From IMG/VR virus record IMGVR_UViG_3300024999_000050: a stretch of 57,923 nt of DNA; one strand, written 5' to 3'. Made by a program: the position numbers and the translations under genes. Below the pieces are notes generated by a model. It ran no database searches and was not told the DNA's origin. It was given only the letters and a program-made list of their open reading frames with translations. Of this stretch, positions 38,637-48,013 are shown one piece after another; within the stretch, counting starts at the first letter, position 1, and every line of letters starts with the position of its first letter. The stretch is from an uncultured virus (IMG/VR IMGVR_UViG_3300024999_000050). Lineage: Duplodnaviria; Heunggongvirae; Uroviricota; Caudoviricetes.

Positions 38637-39445
38637 GATCTTATTAACCTTATAGTATTAAAACCTGCTTTGGTCAATTTATCCTGAGTATCTAAAAACA
38701 TTTTCCTAAAGCATCCTGTTGAATAACTTGGACCAAAACATTCGTCACTTAAAATATAGATATCTTCCCTTCTTATGGAAAAGTCTTTAAAATGAATATC
38801 ATCTGAAAATCCAAGAATAATCCTAATACAATAGGCTAATGTTTTACCTATTCTTCTACCTCTTAAGGAACAGTAATTTTCATTACTAAAACCTTTATTT
38901 ATCTTTATATTTTCTTTATCAATCCAAGGTATTTTCACAATACACGGACATATTTCAGGAATAGGTTCCCCATCGAAAATATAATCTATTTGCCAAGGTT
39001 TTAATTCTATTCCCAAAGCATTATTTATGTCTTGTATATCTCCAATTTTTTTATTTTCTTCAACAAAACCGCACCCTGGAGAATATAAGTTTTTAGGATT
39101 AATTTTCTTACCGTAATACGGAAAACCAGAGCAAACTTTAGGTCTTGATTCATAGGCTGAACATTTTCTAGTTTCCCTATTAAATCTAAGACATTCATAA
39201 AAATATTTTTCATTATTGTCTATATCCCCCTCACCTTTCCAAGTCTTTATATGAGGGTTTCTGGATATAGCATCTTTCTTTGATAGTTCAGACCAATTCT
39301 TAGCTATAAAAATAACATCTGATTCTTTTTCTGTAAAACCAGAACCATTATCTAAATAGGCCAAATCCTTAATTCTTTCCATACTAACACTTAATACTAT
39401 AACCTCGCAGCACTTACCGCATTGTTTACATAGGTTTTCACTCAA
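38633..39445 (-). CDS. YkgJ/CxxCxxCC cysteine-cluster protein fused to a second domain
   Basis: CKQCGKCC...C..F....KCSAYESRP.VC..FP. Confidence 0.75.
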   Translation of the reverse strand: MSENLCKQCGKCCEVIVLSVSMERIKDLAYLDNGSGFTEKESDVIFIAKNWSELSKKDAISRNPHIKTWKGEGDIDNNEKYFYECLRFNRETRKCSAYESRPKVCSGFPYYGKKINPKNLYSPGCGFVEENKKIGDIQDINNALGIELKPWQIDYIFDGEPIPEICPCIVKIPWIDKENIKINKGFSNENYCSLRGRRIGKTLAYCIRIILGFSDDIHFKDFSIRREDIYILSDECFGPSYSTGCFRKMFLDTQDKLTKAGFNTIRLIRS

Positions 39446-39765
39446 CTTTTAACCCTCTTTTCTTTGAAAGATAATTTCTCATTTACCTGTTTCCCATCTT
39501 TAATTAAGACGAAATAGGTTTTTGACTTTCCATTTTTACATTCTTCTATTCTTAATTCTTCTGTCTTTTTAATAACTAGACAGTTGAATAGGATATTACA
39601 TTGTTGTATTGCTATTTCTAAAGGATATATCGGGTATATTAGATTATCATTTGCTTTAGGATTTGTAATCCTACCGTTAATCAAAACTACCCTATATCCC
39701 TCTACTAAACCTTTGTATTTGTACTTTACAGGTCTAATCTTCTTGAATGATTTCTTTATCTTCAT
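39442..39765 (-). CDS. Hypothetical protein
   Basis: 107 aa. Confidence 0.5.
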   Translation of the reverse strand: MKIKKSFKKIRPVKYKYKGLVEGYRVVLINGRITNPKANDNLIYPIYPLEIAIQQCNILFNCLVIKKTEELRIEECKNGKSKTYFVLIKDGKQVNEKLSFKEKRVKS

Positions 39766-40123
39766 TGATAATCCTATCGTTAATAGCTATTTTGAAATCT
39801 ATCCATAAATTTTCTAAAAGTTTTTCTTCAGAATCAACTCTAAAATAGCTATTATAAAATTCTATATCATTATTTCTTAAAAACATTAACATATCCCACC
39901 CACTCAGTAAGGGATAACACCATTCTTTAGGGAATACCCCACGATTACAGTAGATATTTTCGGGGTTTTCACTATTTCCAAGAATGACATACTTACTATT
40001 TTGAAATCTTGGTATAACAAAGAGGTTTCCCATTTGAGGTTCTGTCCACCACTTTTGTAAATATTCTTTCTGAGGTTCTGTTAATTCATTAAATTGATCT
40101 ATTGTTATATGTTTTTGATTCAT
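39734..40123 (-). CDS. Hypothetical protein
   Basis: KHIT..Q.NEL..QK..L.KWW phage family motif. Confidence 0.6.
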   Translation of the reverse strand: MNQKHITIDQFNELTEPQKEYLQKWWTEPQMGNLFVIPRFQNSKYVILGNSENPENIYCNRGVFPKEWCYPLLSGWDMLMFLRNNDIEFYNSYFRVDSEEKLLENLWIDFKIAINDRIINEDKEIIQED

Positions 40124-40803
40124 CCCTTTATTACTCCCAAATCCATAAGTCTAGCTAATATTACTGCCATTTCTACATGACTTACTGGTTTGTCGGGATT
40201 AAAATTTCCTTTATCGTCACCTTTTAATAATCCGGCATTCTTACATCTAGTAACATGGCCGGAGTACCATAAACCTTCCGGAACGTCAGGAAATGGACCG
40301 GGGACAGGTTTTGGTTCTATAATATCGTACTGTTTTAAACCATACTGATTAATTAAACTTATAAGACTATTAGCATATTTCGGATCTGTCGCATACCCAC
40401 AATCATATAAAGCTTTACAAGCTATCTCTGGAGTTTCTTCTTTACGAACCCGTAAATACCTATCACCCATTAATAACTTGTGATGGTCTTCTAATGATTC
40501 TAAATAGCTGTTATAGGCCCTGAATTGGGCTGTAATAGTAACCCTCTTACCATTGTAAACCTCTTCAGTCAGGCAGGAAACGCTACCTGCCGGTCCTTTA
40601 CCCTTAACTCCAAATAAATTAAAACTATTTTGTTTAGTGATTTTGTCTATAGGTAAAGATTTACCCCATCCTGTTTCTAATATTGCTTGAGCTATTGTTA
40701 CAGATGAAAATATCCCAAATTTTTTCTGTAGTTCCTGTGCTGCCGGGGCTACTAATCCTATAAATTCTTTAGACTCCAATCCAAACAACCTCCTTTTTAT
40801 CAT
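40120..40803 (-). CDS. Endolysin: GH73 glucosaminidase + SLH domain
   Basis: TIAQAILETGWG, NLFGVKG, FRAY, GYATDPKYA; FPDVP..W...G.LKGD..GNFNPDKPVS..E.A. Confidence 0.92.
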   Translation of the reverse strand: MIKRRLFGLESKEFIGLVAPAAQELQKKFGIFSSVTIAQAILETGWGKSLPIDKITKQNSFNLFGVKGKGPAGSVSCLTEEVYNGKRVTITAQFRAYNSYLESLEDHHKLLMGDRYLRVRKEETPEIACKALYDCGYATDPKYANSLISLINQYGLKQYDIIEPKPVPGPFPDVPEGLWYSGHVTRCKNAGLLKGDDKGNFNPDKPVSHVEMAVILARLMDLGVIKG

Positions 40804-41221
40804 TTAATTTATTAAGTCTTTTAATTAATCCATAATACATAGACTTTCTAGTTCCCAAACTACCTTCTTTACCGAAGAACTTTAATGAGATAGCTTGAAA
40901 TTCACTTCCTTTTAATTCTGTATAATTTATTTTGTTCAATATTTCTAAAAGTTTATTTGAATCATCTATTTCTATTATTTTCTCAAATAATGTTTTTTTA
41001 TCTTTCTCTTTATCCAGAGAACAAGATCTTAATCCCGGAAGATTTCCTTCTATAAAATCCGGACATTCAGTTATTACAGTGATAAATCCATCTACAACAA
41101 ATGAATTGCTCTTTTTCTTGTATCCCTTACCATCTAAGTCTCCAGATTTAATCCAAGAACATAATAGAGGCGTTGCCTTTCTACAGTTGTAGCATTTAGA
41201 TCCCATACTGAGTAAAATCAT
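40769..41221 (-). CDS. Cys-containing hypothetical protein
   Basis: CYNC...CSW...CPDF. Confidence 0.5.
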   Translation of the reverse strand: MILLSMGSKCYNCRKATPLLCSWIKSGDLDGKGYKKKSNSFVVDGFITVITECPDFIEGNLPGLRSCSLDKEKDKKTLFEKIIEIDDSNKLLEILNKINYTELKGSEFQAISLKFFGKEGSLGTRKSMYYGLIKRLNKLNDKKEVVWIGV

Positions 41222-41474
41222 AAAGATGCTTTGATGTTATTACTTTATCAATAGTATTAGGAATCATAAGATTAGATATCCTAAAGAAATCTTGAGGTCT
41301 ATCCAATCTATTAGCAAACTTCATAATAGCAGTTCTAAATGTTCTTCCTAAAAGATACTTTTCGTTATCTTTTATATATTGATAGAATTGACTCATCATC
41401 TTGTCTACCAATTCAAGATTTTCTTCTGGTTTTAATTTCTGATAAACAGCTTTCTTAATTTTCTTTCGACTCAT
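41196..41474 (-). CDS. Hypothetical protein
   Basis: 92 aa. Confidence 0.5.
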   Translation of the reverse strand: MSRKKIKKAVYQKLKPEENLELVDKMMSQFYQYIKDNEKYLLGRTFRTAIMKFANRLDRPQDFFRISNLMIPNTIDKVITSKHLYDFTQYGI

Positions 41475-41745
41475 CTTTTACCCACTCCACAATTTCTTTT
41501 ATATATCCTATTTCCGCTCCGTTTATCAAGGCTATTACTGGCCTACCAGTGGCAGAAACTATACCCTTTAAGTCTTTTTCAGGAAATATTTTATCTTTAG
41601 GGAACCATATTACTATTGCGTTGTTTAAATCCCCAATAAGAGTTTCTTCCGGGAATACTAAATCTCCTAAAGGTTTGCCAGTAACCTTCTCAACCATGAC
41701 TATATGAATTTTGGTTACAGGTTTCAAATATCCTATCCCTCCCAA
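41455..41745 (-). CDS. Hypothetical protein
   Basis: 96 aa or shorter; start uncertain. Confidence 0.5.
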   Translation of the reverse strand: MGGIGYLKPVTKIHIVMVEKVTGKPLGDLVFPEETLIGDLNNAIVIWFPKDKIFPEKDLKGIVSATGRPVIALINGAEIGYIKEIVEWVKDESKEN

Positions 41746-41793
41746 TATTTACTTTTAATATTAGAGTATTTCTTGTTATTAATTATATCAAGT

Positions 41794-41840
41794 TCTATTG
41801 AAGTCTGACTCTAATCTATCCAGAGTCAGACTTCAATAGA
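41794..41840. repeat. Perfect 19-bp inverted repeat with 9-nt loop
   Basis: TCTATTGAAGTCTGACTCT / AGAGTCAGACTTCAATAGA. Confidence 0.9.
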
Positions 41841-42116
41841 CTAACTAACTTTATCTATCTGTAGTTTTAAATAACTTTTCCCCAAATTGGTTATCTTGCA
41901 AATCTTACTTTTACCTTCAGAATAAATATCCAAGAAACCTAGAGTGTATAATCTATTTACTATGTCATCCAAAGAAGATCTTCTAACCTGAGCCTTTAAA
42001 GATAAGTCTTCCTTACTTGACCTGTCTTCCAATAAAGCTATTAGAACATTTTCAGATTTCTCCGGAAGTCTTTTCCCGGCTTGTAATAAATACTCTTCTA
42101 GAGTTGTGTTGTTCAA
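41841..42116 (-). CDS. Winged-helix DNA-binding protein
   Basis: VL.AL...S..DL......RSSL..IVNRL...GFL......KIT.LGK. Confidence 0.7.
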   Translation of the reverse strand: MNNTTLEEYLLQAGKRLPEKSENVLIALLEDRSSKEDLSLKAQVRRSSLDDIVNRLYTLGFLDIYSEGKSKICKITNLGKSYLKLQIDKVS

Positions 42117-42209
42117 TTTATTTCTCCCCTTTTTATATTTAAAATATTATTTAAGGATTTGCTCTTCTACAAGAAAATTAATCCCGGACAGCAAATCCTT
42201 AGTTTAGTT

Positions 42210-42881
42210 TTATGATAACTTTCTCAGCTTTACATTTCCGGAGATAACGTCTTGAATTTTTATTGTAAAACTTTCAAAGGGACTATCCTCAGACATCCAA
42301 TATATTATCAATTCAGAGTTATTAACAACAGAGATAAGACCGTTTGTTTTTTCAAAACCCTCAATCTGATTTTCAAATTCAATAGCTGTACCAGTCTGGT
42401 AATATTCCTTATCAAATCTTGGTTCTGTTATTATCTCAGGAATAGATACTTCTTTCTGTTCCATTTCTTTTCTCTCGAATTTAGGACTCTTTAAATAGCC
42501 TGAAAATGCTTTCTTTGATTTTTTCCTTTTAGCTCTATCATTATTATGGTTTTCATAACAATCCTCACAAACGTTTAAAGCATAAACTCCACTACCTTCA
42601 TCTTCTCCGCAGATTTGACATTCATATTCGTAAGAACCTGGATCGCAATCATGGCATACTATTTCTTTTTGGTTATTTGTTACAAACTCGTCTCCACACT
42701 CGGTACATTTTTTAGTATAAACTTTAGGCATTATTGAATCATCCCTTTCTTCAGTTATTTCACTATATTTATCTACTTTTCCACAAAAATCACATTTATA
42801 CTTACATACAGGAGTCTCAGAAAAAAATTCTTCACCACACTCTGAGCATTCAAAGGTATAAATTTTCTTTTTAGCTCTCAT
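42210..42881 (-). CDS. Multi-Zn-ribbon protein with C-terminal beta-barrel domain
   Basis: Six CxxC pairs. Confidence 0.6.
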   Translation of the reverse strand: MRAKKKIYTFECSECGEEFFSETPVCKYKCDFCGKVDKYSEITEERDDSIMPKVYTKKCTECGDEFVTNNQKEIVCHDCDPGSYEYECQICGEDEGSGVYALNVCEDCYENHNNDRAKRKKSKKAFSGYLKSPKFERKEMEQKEVSIPEIITEPRFDKEYYQTGTAIEFENQIEGFEKTNGLISVVNNSELIIYWMSEDSPFESFTIKIQDVISGNVKLRKLS

Positions 42882-42884
42882 ATT

Positions 42885-43412
42885 TCAATAACCCTCCTTA
42901 CCTATATTAGTCTTATTATATTCCCTTAAAGATTTTCTTTTCTTATTAGATTCAGAAGCTCTAATACTTCTCTCTTTGAGATTTTTTTTAAATACTTTAC
43001 GAACTTCACAGTATAGAACTGGATCGATACTTTCTATTCGTTGAACTTCTTTTCTTACTGTTTCGTGAGATATATTGAAATGTTCTCCTGCTATTATTAA
43101 AGTACATTTATTTTCGATAATATACTCACAAATATCAAGTCTTCTTTCTATTACCTCTAATTGAGACAATATTTTAGGTCTCTTCTTTCTAATTTTCTTA
43201 GGATTAGTTCTTTGATACATTTCATAGTTTTCTAAAAGTCTTGCTTGAACTTTCTTGTCCAATTCTTTATCATATTTTTTAACCATAAGGGAAGCCCTGA
43301 AAACTGTTCCGTATGAAATTTTGAAATGAGCTGCTGTTTTTCTTAAAGTAGATTCTTCATTAACTAAATAGTTGCATATTTTTAAGACTAACCCTTGATT
43401 GAGTATTGTCAT
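42885..43412 (-). CDS. spoIIID: Tandem double SpoIIID-like HTH regulator
   Basis: IE.R...ICEYIIENK.T....G..F.IS..TV.K...RI..IDP.LY.EVRKV...N..ER.IR; the domain occurs twice. Confidence 0.8.
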   Translation of the reverse strand: MTILNQGLVLKICNYLVNEESTLRKTAAHFKISYGTVFRASLMVKKYDKELDKKVQARLLENYEMYQRTNPKKIRKKRPKILSQLEVIERRLDICEYIIENKCTLIIAGEHFNISHETVRKEVQRIESIDPVLYCEVRKVFKKNLKERSIRASESNKKRKSLREYNKTNIGKEGY

Positions 43413-43921
43413 TAATTTTTATTCTTAATCTTAGGTTTAGGATTTGATAAAAATTGTTTTTCTAAATCAAGTCTAAGATCATCATTTCTTTTGCATTGCT
43501 GATAAGTAAACTCAATTAATTCTTTTAGAGTATATCCTTTTTCTAGGTATATTAAAATATTTCTGAAGAAAGGATTATTGTTATATAGCTTTCTATAATT
43601 TTCATCCTTTAAAATATTTTCGATGTAATATCTTGCTATTAATTCTCTTTTCTTAAATCCACCACAACAAGCTAATTCTTTATCAATATACTTGCTGTGT
43701 TTGAGACTATTACTATACGGTTCTGTAATACAACATCTTCTATTATTCTCAGTATAAAAAAAGAAACAATCTTCACATTTATTTTGAGAAGCATCCGGTC
43801 CTTCCCCATATTCTTTAGCACATCTTATTGAATCAGGAATCATATACACGCAGCCGGAGCCGGAAACGGAACAGTTGAATCTCCCTGAATCGGAATCAAA
43901 AGTTGAACAGGTACAAGCCAT
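43412..43921 (-). CDS. Cys-rich hypothetical protein
   Basis: MACTC...CSVSGSGC..MIPDS..CA..YGEGPD. Confidence 0.6.
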   Translation of the reverse strand: MACTCSTFDSDSGRFNCSVSGSGCVYMIPDSIRCAKEYGEGPDASQNKCEDCFFFYTENNRRCCITEPYSNSLKHSKYIDKELACCGGFKKRELIARYYIENILKDENYRKLYNNNPFFRNILIYLEKGYTLKELIEFTYQQCKRNDDLRLDLEKQFLSNPKPKIKNKN

Positions 43922-43952
43922 TTACGAAAACCTCCTTTTAATAAATTCACTA

Positions 43953-44390
43953 TTAACTTAACACTACCTTTCTCCTACCACCCCGGCCTTTATTAGAATT
44001 TATTACTTTTCTTACGTCATAATATAAATCAGGATTATAATTATAAACTTTTCCTATACTACTATAAATGAAACCATAATTGCTTTCAAAATGTAAGGCA
44101 GCTTCGCTTATTGTTACTTTGTTGTCAGCAATATACTGACATATTTCTATCTGTCTACTAATAACTTTAAATTCTTCCTCTAGAGATCTATTATAAGTTT
44201 TATATGTCTCTATTATCTTTCTTGCCTCCAAGTACAATTCATAATTTATTGATTTTAATTCTTCAACATAACGATAAATTGTTGGAGTCGTTACTTTGAA
44301 ATGTCTTGAAGTTGCTTTAAGTGATATTTTGTTTTCTACTAAATACTCACACACTTGAAGTATTTTTGAATAAGTCTTATCTCTTCTCAT
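43953..44390 (-). CDS. spoIIID: Tandem double SpoIIID-like HTH regulator (second copy)
   Basis: CEYLVENK.S...T..HF.V...TI...V..L..IN.ELY.E; second domain ends NPDLY..VRKVI..NKGRGG. Confidence 0.75.
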   Translation of the reverse strand: MRRDKTYSKILQVCEYLVENKISLKATSRHFKVTTPTIYRYVEELKSINYELYLEARKIIETYKTYNRSLEEEFKVISRQIEICQYIADNKVTISEAALHFESNYGFIYSSIGKVYNYNPDLYYDVRKVINSNKGRGGRRKVVLS

Positions 44391-44393
44391 ATC

Positions 44394-44834
44394 TTATATT
44401 CCTTTCAATAATTCAGGATTTCTAAATTCGTCACCTATAACTTCTAAGTCTTTACCCAAAGGTCTTATTTCTCCGTTATCACAATTCCAAAATGAATTAA
44501 ATTCCTTGTCCATTGAATTTACTCCCCCAATCCAATAATAGCCGAAACTTAGATTCTCAAATACGACTCTAAATATTGCAACTAAATCAGGATTATGGTC
44601 ATAATACCTTCTACATATGTCTCCGCTAAATATCTTTCTTCCTTTCCTATCAATCATTCCAGGTAAATGTATTGTAGGAACAAACCTCTCGTCTTCTCCA
44701 TCCTGAAATGATTTTGCTACTTGATACATAGAGGTGTTGTTGTCCCAATTATCATTATCAGCTATGTCTATGAATCCATCATGGGACATCTTTTTAGTTT
44801 CTTTATCCCATATCCTTATTTCAAGTGGTAACAT
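44394..44834 (-). CDS. yopX: YopX family protein
   Basis: R.WDKE.K.M, G..DRKGR.IF.GDI, EVIG....NPELL. Confidence 0.85.
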   Translation of the reverse strand: MLPLEIRIWDKETKKMSHDGFIDIADNDNWDNNTSMYQVAKSFQDGEDERFVPTIHLPGMIDRKGRKIFSGDICRRYYDHNPDLVAIFRVVFENLSFGYYWIGGVNSMDKEFNSFWNCDNGEIRPLGKDLEVIGDEFRNPELLKGI

Positions 44835-44857
44835 TTATTTAACCTTCACTCTCTTTC

Positions 44858-45064
44858 TCATAATCTAAAATCTCCCTCACAAAGAGGAACTACTCCTGCC
44901 CAAAGAATCCACAACTCCATATCATCCATTTCGTCCATTTCTTCATCTGTTACTTCTTTGTTATAGTTCTTGATAAATTTCTTAGCTTTCTCACGATTAA
45001 AACCTGATTCTTCCGTATCGTATTCTAGCTTTCTACCATCATCGGTTATCCTGGTATATTTCAT
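44858..45064 (-). CDS. Hypothetical protein
   Basis: 68 aa. Confidence 0.5.
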   Translation of the reverse strand: MKYTRITDDGRKLEYDTEESGFNREKAKKFIKNYNKEVTDEEMDEMDDMELWILWAGVVPLCEGDFRL

Positions 45065-45066
45065 TT

Positions 45067-45531
45067 TTATTTCTTAGCCTTTCTTTTTCTAACTCTAGGA
45101 ATAATACGTTCATCACCATACCATTCAAAATATTTCTCAGCCAAGTCTTTTAAATAATCATCGCAACTACTGTATATAATATCATCAATAGTTATTCCTA
45201 TAAAATTGCTATATTTTACGACTTCTATGATTTCTAACTTAAGATTCTTCTTGTAATTTCTAATCAATACTATTTCTTTCAATACAGAAACAAAACAGTC
45301 GTATTCTACACCCTCACCATAGGTAAACTTTTCTTCTGTCAGAACAAAGAATACTATAATTCTTGCGTTTTTGTTTTTGTAGGAGATTTTCTTAAAATCA
45401 TCGTCACCTGAACCCTCTAATAAATCTCTAATATTTTCTGTATTACAATAAAGTTCTTCAACTTCTAGCAACTCACCTTTCTTGCCAGTTATTAATCTGG
45501 CATAGCCATCATAATGGATTTTCTTTCTCAT
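45067..45531 (-). CDS. Hypothetical protein
   Basis: 154 aa, ATGA overlap. Confidence 0.55.
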   Translation of the reverse strand: MRKKIHYDGYARLITGKKGELLEVEELYCNTENIRDLLEGSGDDDFKKISYKNKNARIIVFFVLTEEKFTYGEGVEYDCFVSVLKEIVLIRNYKKNLKLEIIEVVKYSNFIGITIDDIIYSSCDDYLKDLAEKYFEWYGDERIIPRVRKRKAKK

Positions 45532-45854
45532 TTCTTTTCCCTTTTCTTAAATTCCATATGCCAGTAATACTTCTCTTTTGTTTTACCACTACTAAAAGTA
45601 AATATAGTCTTACAGCAGGAGGTAAAACAGTTGCATCTATTTTTAGTTCTAAATTCTTTCTGTTCTATAATACATCCAAACTTACTTCTTAATTTACAAG
45701 CGTTACATTGGTTCGTATAATCGAACTTGGGATTCTTTAAAATATAGTGGTTTCTAGAACCACACTCTGGACAGTCTGTATATCTTCTTACTGAGGTTAT
45801 TCTACCCTCAAAACCGCAGTTATTACAGTGAATAGGTAATGATAATTTGAACAT
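45528..45854 (-). CDS. Zn-ribbon protein
   Basis: CNNCG...CPECGS. Confidence 0.55.
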   Translation of the reverse strand: MFKLSLPIHCNNCGFEGRITSVRRYTDCPECGSRNHYILKNPKFDYTNQCNACKLRSKFGCIIEQKEFRTKNRCNCFTSCCKTIFTFSSGKTKEKYYWHMEFKKREKK

Positions 45855-45859
45855 TCATA

Positions 45860-46237
45860 TCACATCCTTCTAATTTTTTCTTCTATTACTTGCTTTGTTA
45901 ACCAGTCAAAATTTTCTTTCGTTAAATGACCTTCACAAAATTCTTTTACTTCTTCCTGAATAAGTATGTCTATATGAGATTGAGATAATTTCTCTCTCAT
46001 AATTTCTAAAAATCTATTCTTATTTGTAATATCTAAGTAGTAGTCCAGAAAATAGTTTTTTAATTCTTCTACTGCCCCATTCATAGCTATCTCAGGAATT
46101 CTTAAACCCATATCTCTAACTACAGAACCATCAATAGTTATCTTTATTTCTAAAGATTTATCACTCGGCCAATTCTGTAATTTCTTTATTAGGTCTTCCT
46201 TATCTTTAAGATTTCTAGAATCTAGTTTGTCAGACAT
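45860..46237 (-). CDS. Hypothetical protein (start MSDKL)
   Basis: Overlaps the stop of the upstream ATA-start gene. Confidence 0.55.
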   Translation of the reverse strand: MSDKLDSRNLKDKEDLIKKLQNWPSDKSLEIKITIDGSVVRDMGLRIPEIAMNGAVEELKNYFLDYYLDITNKNRFLEIMREKLSQSHIDILIQEEVKEFCEGHLTKENFDWLTKQVIEEKIRRM

Positions 46238-46520
46238 TTTTATTATCAACCCTTTTCCCATTCTTGATAAAATCCATAAAATCTTCGGCCAGGATTTTAG
46301 AAATATTTTCGTTTACCATTTTCATAATCTCAGGAGTTATTTGATAACTATTAGATTTCATTTTGAAATCTTCTAATATAGCATTAACTATTTCTTTCGA
46401 TGCTATATCCGCAGCCCCTTGTAATACTTCTAAACCAAAATTAACTAATGATTCTCGGCTAACTGATAAATGTATATCAAGAGTTTGCTTAGTAGTATTA
46501 TCTTCCGCTATGATGTTTAT
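46230..46520 (-). CDS. Hypothetical 96-aa protein, probable ATA start (absent from ORF track)
   Basis: GAGGGG SD, 8 nt, ATA AAC ATC...; fills an operon gap and overlaps the next start. Confidence 0.6.
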   Translation of the reverse strand: MNIIAEDNTTKQTLDIHLSVSRESLVNFGLEVLQGAADIASKEIVNAILEDFKMKSNSYQITPEIMKMVNENISKILAEDFMDFIKNGKRVDNKNV

Positions 46521-46551
46521 AGTATCAACCCCTCTATTCTCTCTAATACCC

Positions 46552-46785
46552 TCACTCCAGGTAAAATATTTTACCTATTCCTTTACAATCAGGACATACA
46601 ACATCCCTAATAACAATAAATTTCTCTTTAACATAACCGGTCCCTTTACATTTAGGGCAATCCCTTATAGCTAAACCGGGGCTAGGTTTTATGAAATTTA
46701 TTTTACAATATACACATATAGCGTAAGGTCTACCAGAAAAGGTTTCCGTTTCTCTGAGTTTCTTTCCGCAAATATAACAATTCAT
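46552..46785 (-). CDS. DnaJ-type Zn-finger protein
   Basis: CPKCKGTG...CPDCKGIG. Confidence 0.65.
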   Translation of the reverse strand: MNCYICGKKLRETETFSGRPYAICVYCKINFIKPSPGLAIRDCPKCKGTGYVKEKFIVIRDVVCPDCKGIGKIFYLE

Positions 46786-46868
46786 TTTAAATCCCTACCT
46801 CTTAATGACTAAGTTTGTATTTAACATTTTAAGCTATACAAACTTAGTCACTGATTGACGAACATACT

Positions 46869-47210
46869 TTAGGTTAAACGACTCATAGGAACTCTGAAAG
46901 AATTTCGGTTATTTCTTAACCTGTTTTCTTTCCTCCAGTTAACACCTTTTCCGAAGGTTTCTTCAATAGTTTTATCGAACTGCTCTTCCGTGTAAAACAC
47001 CAAGTCCTTAACTTTCATTCTTAAAAATTTGGAGTCGTTTTCATACAAGTCTGTCAAACAAACCTGCTTAGAATCAGGGTAATAGTATTTAACCAATAAA
47101 GGTTTCCCTATCGCCCACTCAGGAAGTTTTCTTTTAGTATGAGCTTTGATTTCAACTATCTGATTTTTAATTCTCTCTATTCTGATAGTCTCAACTTTTG
47201 ATTCTAACAT
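46869..47210 (-). CDS. Hypothetical protein
   Basis: 113 aa, SD. Confidence 0.55.
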   Translation of the reverse strand: MLESKVETIRIERIKNQIVEIKAHTKRKLPEWAIGKPLLVKYYYPDSKQVCLTDLYENDSKFLRMKVKDLVFYTEEQFDKTIEETFGKGVNWRKENRLRNNRNSFRVPMSRLT

Positions 47211-47234
47211 TTAGATTACCTCTCCCCCAATATA

Positions 47235-47870
47235 TTATTTTCCTACAACTAATCTAACATTTCCGGATAGAATATCTTCTACTGTAGGAGTGTACCATCT
47301 GAAACCATCCTTATTCTCTGGGAACGCAAATGCAGCAGTATACCTTTCAATTTTCATAACTAAAGTATGTCTATCTGTAAAACCAGAATATTTTTCAGGA
47401 TCGTATGAAACGTATACCGGAGTTCCTACTTTTAATACTTCAGTATTAAATTGTTTAGACGGAACCAACATATCTTCAAAACCACAATTCAGAAGTATTT
47501 CTCCTTTGTTTACATCCTCAACACGGATATCCATTCTCGGAATACTGTTACCATTCGCATATCCAATAGTTAATATGTCTTTTTCAGTTCTCAAAACCAG
47601 AGAATCGATCCATTTCATTACTTCTTTGTAACGAAACTTAATTGGCCTATTATTCGTAAACTTAGCAGCGTTAAAATGCTGAACATCAATTAAGTAGTCG
47701 TCCGGATTAGTGAAGATTAATTCTTTCTCCAGTTCTTCGATCTTGTCCAGAACTATTCCATAAGTTCGTGATATTGGAGTTTCTATAGCCTGACAAACCC
47801 AAGAATCTTTCTGTTCTTTTAACCATTTTTTTAGTTTTTCAACTTTAGCAGAATTCAATTTATTATTCAC
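47235..47870 (-). CDS. Hypothetical protein with duplicated beta-barrel domain
   Basis: Two copies of FN......P....Y...VED...G...L. Confidence 0.55.
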   Translation of the reverse strand: MNNKLNSAKVEKLKKWLKEQKDSWVCQAIETPISRTYGIVLDKIEELEKELIFTNPDDYLIDVQHFNAAKFTNNRPIKFRYKEVMKWIDSLVLRTEKDILTIGYANGNSIPRMDIRVEDVNKGEILLNCGFEDMLVPSKQFNTEVLKVGTPVYVSYDPEKYSGFTDRHTLVMKIERYTAAFAFPENKDGFRWYTPTVEDILSGNVRLVVGK

Positions 47871-48013
47871 TCTCCTTTTTAGATTTTTCTATACCACTAT
47901 CTAACCAGTTTACAAGTAAGACCATTAAGAGAATGAATGTTATTCCTGAAGAGAAACCAAAAATCCATACCCTAGTAAATTCAACGTCATTCAATTTATT
48001 ATTCACTCTCCAG

